Origin: an uncultured delta proteobacterium
GTDB taxonomy: Bacteria; Desulfobacterota; Binatia; UBA9968
Direction of reading: 5' to 3'
DNA length: 64,000 nt
NCBI GenBank assembly: GCA_963771465.1
Contig: CAVYTU010000017.1
Coordinates: 768,001 to 832,000, forward strand
Shown here: positions 60,268-64,000 of the stretch, piece by piece
Numbering within the stretch: position 1 is the first letter of the stretch
Layout: each line of letters begins with the position of its first letter
Position numbers and translations under genes: made by a program
Notes under the pieces: model-generated
Seen by the model: the letters and a program-made list of their open reading frames with translations, nothing else
Database searches by the model: none
What the model was told of the DNA's origin: nothing

Positions 60268-60964
60268 ATGGCCGACATTCATGCTAAAGCTCTACAGCAA
60301 CTAAAAGACCTGGCTTCATATCCGTTACCCCAGTTGGAGAAGCTCGCGGCCAATCTGTCGATAAGACAATTGAAGAAAAATAAAATTATCTTCGAGCAGG
60401 ACGAGGACGCAACGCTCGTTTATCTACTCCTATCAGGGGTCGTTAAGTTTTCTTACCTGCACAGCGATGAAAAACAAACTATAGTCAGTCTCCATTCCAG
60501 CGGGCGAGTTTTTCGGCCTCGATTCGCTGATGCCGCAAATGAAGCATCCTTTCAGATGCGAAGCGTTCGAAAACTGTACGGTAGGGGTTATTAAGCCGCA
60601 AACCTTGATTGAAATACTCTTGGGGATATCCTATGAATCTTTCCTTCGGTGGCACGCCGCGACAGCGGATGGCAGCCGAAAAATCTACGTCCATTGCATC
60701 AAAGGCATTGGACTTGACCTTCGTAAACGGCTCGCTCTCGAACTCATGAATTTGGCTGATCGTTTCGGTACGACCGACGCTCGCGGGATCGTTATCGACG
60801 TAAATATCAGTCATGAAGACCTTGCCGGTATCGTCGGAGCGTCGCGCCAGCAGGTCACGGAACATTTAAATCAATTTGATCGTGAGAAGTGTATTTCAAG
60901 AGATGGACGCCGGATCATAATAAACGCGCCAAAACTTCGCCGGATCATCGAGCTCGGGGACTAG
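60268..60964 (+). CDS. Crp/Fnr family regulator, third divergent copy (frameshift near 60501)
   Basis: IFEQDEDATLVYLLLSGVVK, GEFFG after shift, ISHEDLAGIVGASRQQV HTH. Confidence 0.85.
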
Positions 60965-61203
60965 TAAAGAGCGTGAGCTTTAGTCTAACTCGTTCGCGGT
61001 GGTATTTTATTATAAGACTCTTGCCCGTCTGATTAACGTTTCCCTTTAATCTCGCTTTGACTTCGCCTTCACTCCGACGCCGCTAGCCTTGCGCAGCAAC
61101 ATTGTCGCTGCTTGAATTTCCCACAGTCGACATTTTCGGCTCGACATTTCTGGGGTTTTCTCGGGATGAGTTCTATCGTATATAGTCGTGCCGAGGTCGT
61201 GGC

Positions 61204-62242
61204 ATGAAGATCGCTCAGATTACTAGCGTTTACATCTCCGTTCCGCCCAAGACCCATGGAGGAACGGAGCGTATCGTCTATCATCTTTGCCAGCAGCTCA
61301 GCCGGCGCGGACATCAGGTGGAACTTTTCGCTTCGGGGGACTCGAAGGTTGACTGCACTCTCCAGTCTGTCTTGCCCATCGCTTGCCAGGATGATCCCCA
61401 GTCGACCTTTTATCTTGAAAAGGAGTTTGAGGCGCGACACACCTATCACCTCTATCGCCAGGCCGAACGTTTCGACCTAATTCATGCTCACTGGCCTACG
61501 CTGTCTCCCTATTTTTCCATTTTTACCACAACGCCGACGTTGGTCACTTACGGTTATATAGAAAAAGAACTCCACGAATATTATCGCTCACACTTCCCGC
61601 AGTGCCTGCCGGTATGTGTAAGTGAGGCTCAAAGAAAAATGTTGGGGGACGAATCGATCCCGGTTGTTTATAACGGAATCGATTTGGACGAGATACTTTT
61701 TAACGATAAACCGGAAGATTTCTTCATCATCGTCGGCCGCATGACGCCGGGAAAGGGGATTGCCGAGGCGATCCGCATTGCTAAGAAGGCTGGTGTGAGG
61801 CTGCTCATCGTCGGCCATGTCACCACTCACCTGCCGTGGAGCGAGGAGTACTTTCTCAAGGAGGTGAAGCCGCATATTGACGGCGATAAGATCCGCTACA
61901 TCGAAAAGTTGCCTTATCACGAGATCGTTCAACTGATGGGCAAGGCCAAAGGATTTCTTTTCCCGCTGCAGTGGGATGAGCCGTTCGGCATGGTCGTAAT
62001 CGAAGCCATGGCCGCGGGAACTCCGGTGGTGGCCTACCGGCGTGGCTCCATGCCTGAGTTGATCAAGCACGGCGAGACCGGTTATTTGCTCGACATGGAA
62101 GGATGAGATGGTCGAGATGATCGATCGAATCGGGACGCTGGATCGCGCGCGCTGCAGGGAGTGGGTCGAGGAAAGTTTCTCTGTGGAGCGCATGGTCGAT
62201 GGCTATGAGGCGCTCTATCAAATGGCCGCGAGCGGGCGTTGA
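61204..62242 (+). CDS. Glycosyltransferase family 4 protein (frameshift near 62100)
   Basis: VPPKTHGGTER, EPFGMVVIEAMAAGTPV; tail DRARCREWVEESFSVERMVDGYEALY in next frame. Confidence 0.9.
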
Positions 62243-62269
62243 ACCGAAACGTGAGGTCAACGGCAAGCA

Positions 62270-63265
62270 ATGGCCAGTAAAAAATGGAACCTTGAAAGAC
62301 TTCGAAGCGAAAGCAGCTATTGGCGCTCGTGCATCTTGATCACCGCGGCCCATCTTGATCTGTTCGGTTGGATGGGCAAGCAGGAAAAAAGTTCCAGAGC
62401 GCTGGCTGCTCATTTTGGCGGCCATGCGGTGGGGTGGGAGATGTTTCTCAGTGCGCTCTGCGGCATGGGCTTGATGCGGAAGCGCGGCGCAAAATTTCGC
62501 AACTCCGCTTTTGCTTCGCGTCATCTTAGCGGCGCCGGAGCAACTTTGCTGCGGCCTAATTATGACGCTTGGAACAGCTGGGGTGGACTCGCTTCCAGCC
62601 TCATAAGCGGAAATAGACCGAGGACCCAAAAACCTTTCGTCTCGGATCGCGCCCAGGCTAAGCGCTTACTTTGCGCTCTGGATCTCCACGCTCAGCAGAT
62701 TGCGCCTTATCTGATCGAGAAATTACCTCTGGCCCGCTGCCGAACTCTGCTGGATGTCGGCGGCGGGCTGGGAAGTTTTGTCGGCGCTTTTTGTCGTCAT
62801 TATCCTCACCTGCGTGGAACTCTTGTTGAGCATCCGAAGATTCTTTCTCTGGCGCGACGAGCGCTCAGCGACTCGGGTATGGCGAAAAGAGTGCGCCTCA
62901 TCGGACTGGATTTTTCACGGGATGCTCTGCCCCGAGGATTCGATTGCGTATTCCTCTCCAATGTCTTACACGCCCATGGGGTCGCTGAAAATCGCTCCCT
63001 ACTTACCCAACTCCATCGCTGTCTGAATACTCGGGGGCATTTGATCCTGCGCGATGTTTTCATGAGTCGGGATAGGACCGCTCCCGAGTGGGGGACGCTT
63101 TTTTCCGTTTCACTTCTTTTGCACACGCCCCAAGGACGCTGTTACGCTTTGGACGAGATTCTCGGATGGCTGCGCCAAGCTGGGTTCTCACGCATAAGAG
63201 GCCCCTTCCGCAGCAGCCCGCTGCCTTTTGATCCCGATTCGATTTTAATCGCGACGAAGAGCTAG
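62270..63265 (+). CDS. O-methyltransferase (dimerisation + Methyltransf_2)
   Basis: ITAAHLDLF, LLDVGGGLG, FLSNVLH, WLRQAGF. Confidence 0.87.
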   Translation: MASKKWNLERLRSESSYWRSCILITAAHLDLFGWMGKQEKSSRALAAHFGGHAVGWEMFLSALCGMGLMRKRGAKFRNSAFASRHLSGAGATLLRPNYDAWNSWGGLASSLISGNRPRTQKPFVSDRAQAKRLLCALDLHAQQIAPYLIEKLPLARCRTLLDVGGGLGSFVGAFCRHYPHLRGTLVEHPKILSLARRALSDSGMAKRVRLIGLDFSRDALPRGFDCVFLSNVLHAHGVAENRSLLTQLHRCLNTRGHLILRDVFMSRDRTAPEWGTLFSVSLLLHTPQGRCYALDEILGWLRQAGFSRIRGPFRSSPLPFDPDSILIATKS

Positions 63266-63317
63266 CGATCAAATAATGGACATAGTGTGACTCGAAATAA
63301 TCAGGGACATCATAGTT

Positions 63318-64000
63318 ATGATCGGTATTAGTGCTAAACCGCTATTGCAGAAACGTCACCGTGCCTTGCTAACTATCCAAAGTATCGCACTGAGTATCGT
63401 GCTCTATGGGACGGCGCTTTGCTTGGCTCAAGAGCGACCGACGATTCTCGCCGGCCATGGGACTTTATCGGCGTCGATCCTGCCGCTCTGGGTGGGCGTT
63501 GACGCCAAGCTGTTCGAGAAGCACGGCTTGCAAGTCAAACCGATCTATTTGCCGCGCGCCGCCGGCCGGCCGGCGCTGCTCAGCGGCGACATACAGGTTT
63601 ATTTTTCTGCCGGCCCGCCGTTGGTGCAGATGCGTTTGGGCGGCGCCGACGTCGCGGTGGCGTCGTGTGTGGTGCACAAGCTGACATCGAAGATCATGGT
63701 CATTCCCGCCATTCAGAAAATTGCCGATCTGCGCGGTAAAGTTTTGGCGGTGGCCAATCCGGGTTCGGCCAGCGATTTTGCCGCCAAGTTATTTTTCGCG
63801 CGCCAAGGCATGAAGCCCGGTCAGGATATTTCCATCATCTACAGCGGCTCGACCAGCGCGGCCTTCGCGGCGCTGGTCAATGGCAGAGTTCAGGGTATCT
63901 TCGCTTCCTCGCCGAACGATATCCAGGCGGCGGCGGCAGGTTTTAAGCCGCTCTTGGAATTGGGCGATTTGAACATTCCCTATGCCGGTAATTGCAGCGC
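63318..64000 (+). CDS. NMT1/THI5/TauA-like ABC substrate-binding protein (runs off window)
   Basis: Open frame from ATG 63318: LPLWVGVDAKLFEKHGL...IADLRGKVLAVANPGSAS. Confidence 0.8.
   Translation, partial: MIGISAKPLLQKRHRALLTIQSIALSIVLYGTALCLAQERPTILAGHGTLSASILPLWVGVDAKLFEKHGLQVKPIYLPRAAGRPALLSGDIQVYFSAGPPLVQMRLGGADVAVASCVVHKLTSKIMVIPAIQKIADLRGKVLAVANPGSASDFAAKLFFARQGMKPGQDISIIYSGSTSAAFAALVNGRVQGIFASSPNDIQAAAAGFKPLLELGDLNIPYAGNCS

Noticed and set aside
266-63677. Numerous antisense or alternate-frame ORFs in the six-frame track (e.g. 7570..8328 -, 27860..28339 -, 36153..36767 -)
   Set aside because: Shadows of well-supported genes on the other strand or frame in GC-rich DNA.

Overview
Bacterial chromosomal window; gene content (many type-2 amidohydrolases, phthalate-type Rieske oxygenase, orphan solute-binding proteins, the conserved 'AVLEDA' hypothetical) resembles Candidatus Binatia/deltaproteobacterial genomes (inference). 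About 1-16.8 kb is ordinary metabolism and signalling: a liv-type ABC transporter, a Cache-HAMP-GAF-GAF kinase, a family III CoA-transferase, amidohydrolases, a Rieske oxygenase and two exported SET-domain paralogs. About 16.9-63 kb is a dense general-stress/desiccation-type island: hsp20-lon, three Crp/Fnr regulators, CsbD, DUF3309 x2, GlsB/YeaQ-like, BON, YtxH, dodecin, SOD, ferritin-like, cardiolipin synthase, an Mla/Pqi-type ABC system, RlpA, a collagen-OmpA protein, a kinase plus sigma54 activator, and a KaiC-like ATPase/PAS kinase module. The main discovery is non-coding. Eight intact (plus one degenerate) promoters across 21-50 kb share a fixed architecture: two tandem palindromes YCGACC-N4-GGTCGA spaced exactly 21 bp apart, with the first starting 108-111 bp upstream of a sigma54 -24/-12 element (YGGCAY-N5-NTGC). 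This suggests an undescribed sigma54-dependent general stress regulon, most plausibly driven by the NtrC-family two-component system in the same island. Many single-base frameshifts look like long-read consensus errors rather than true pseudogenes. No rRNA, tRNA, CRISPR array or transposase was recognised.
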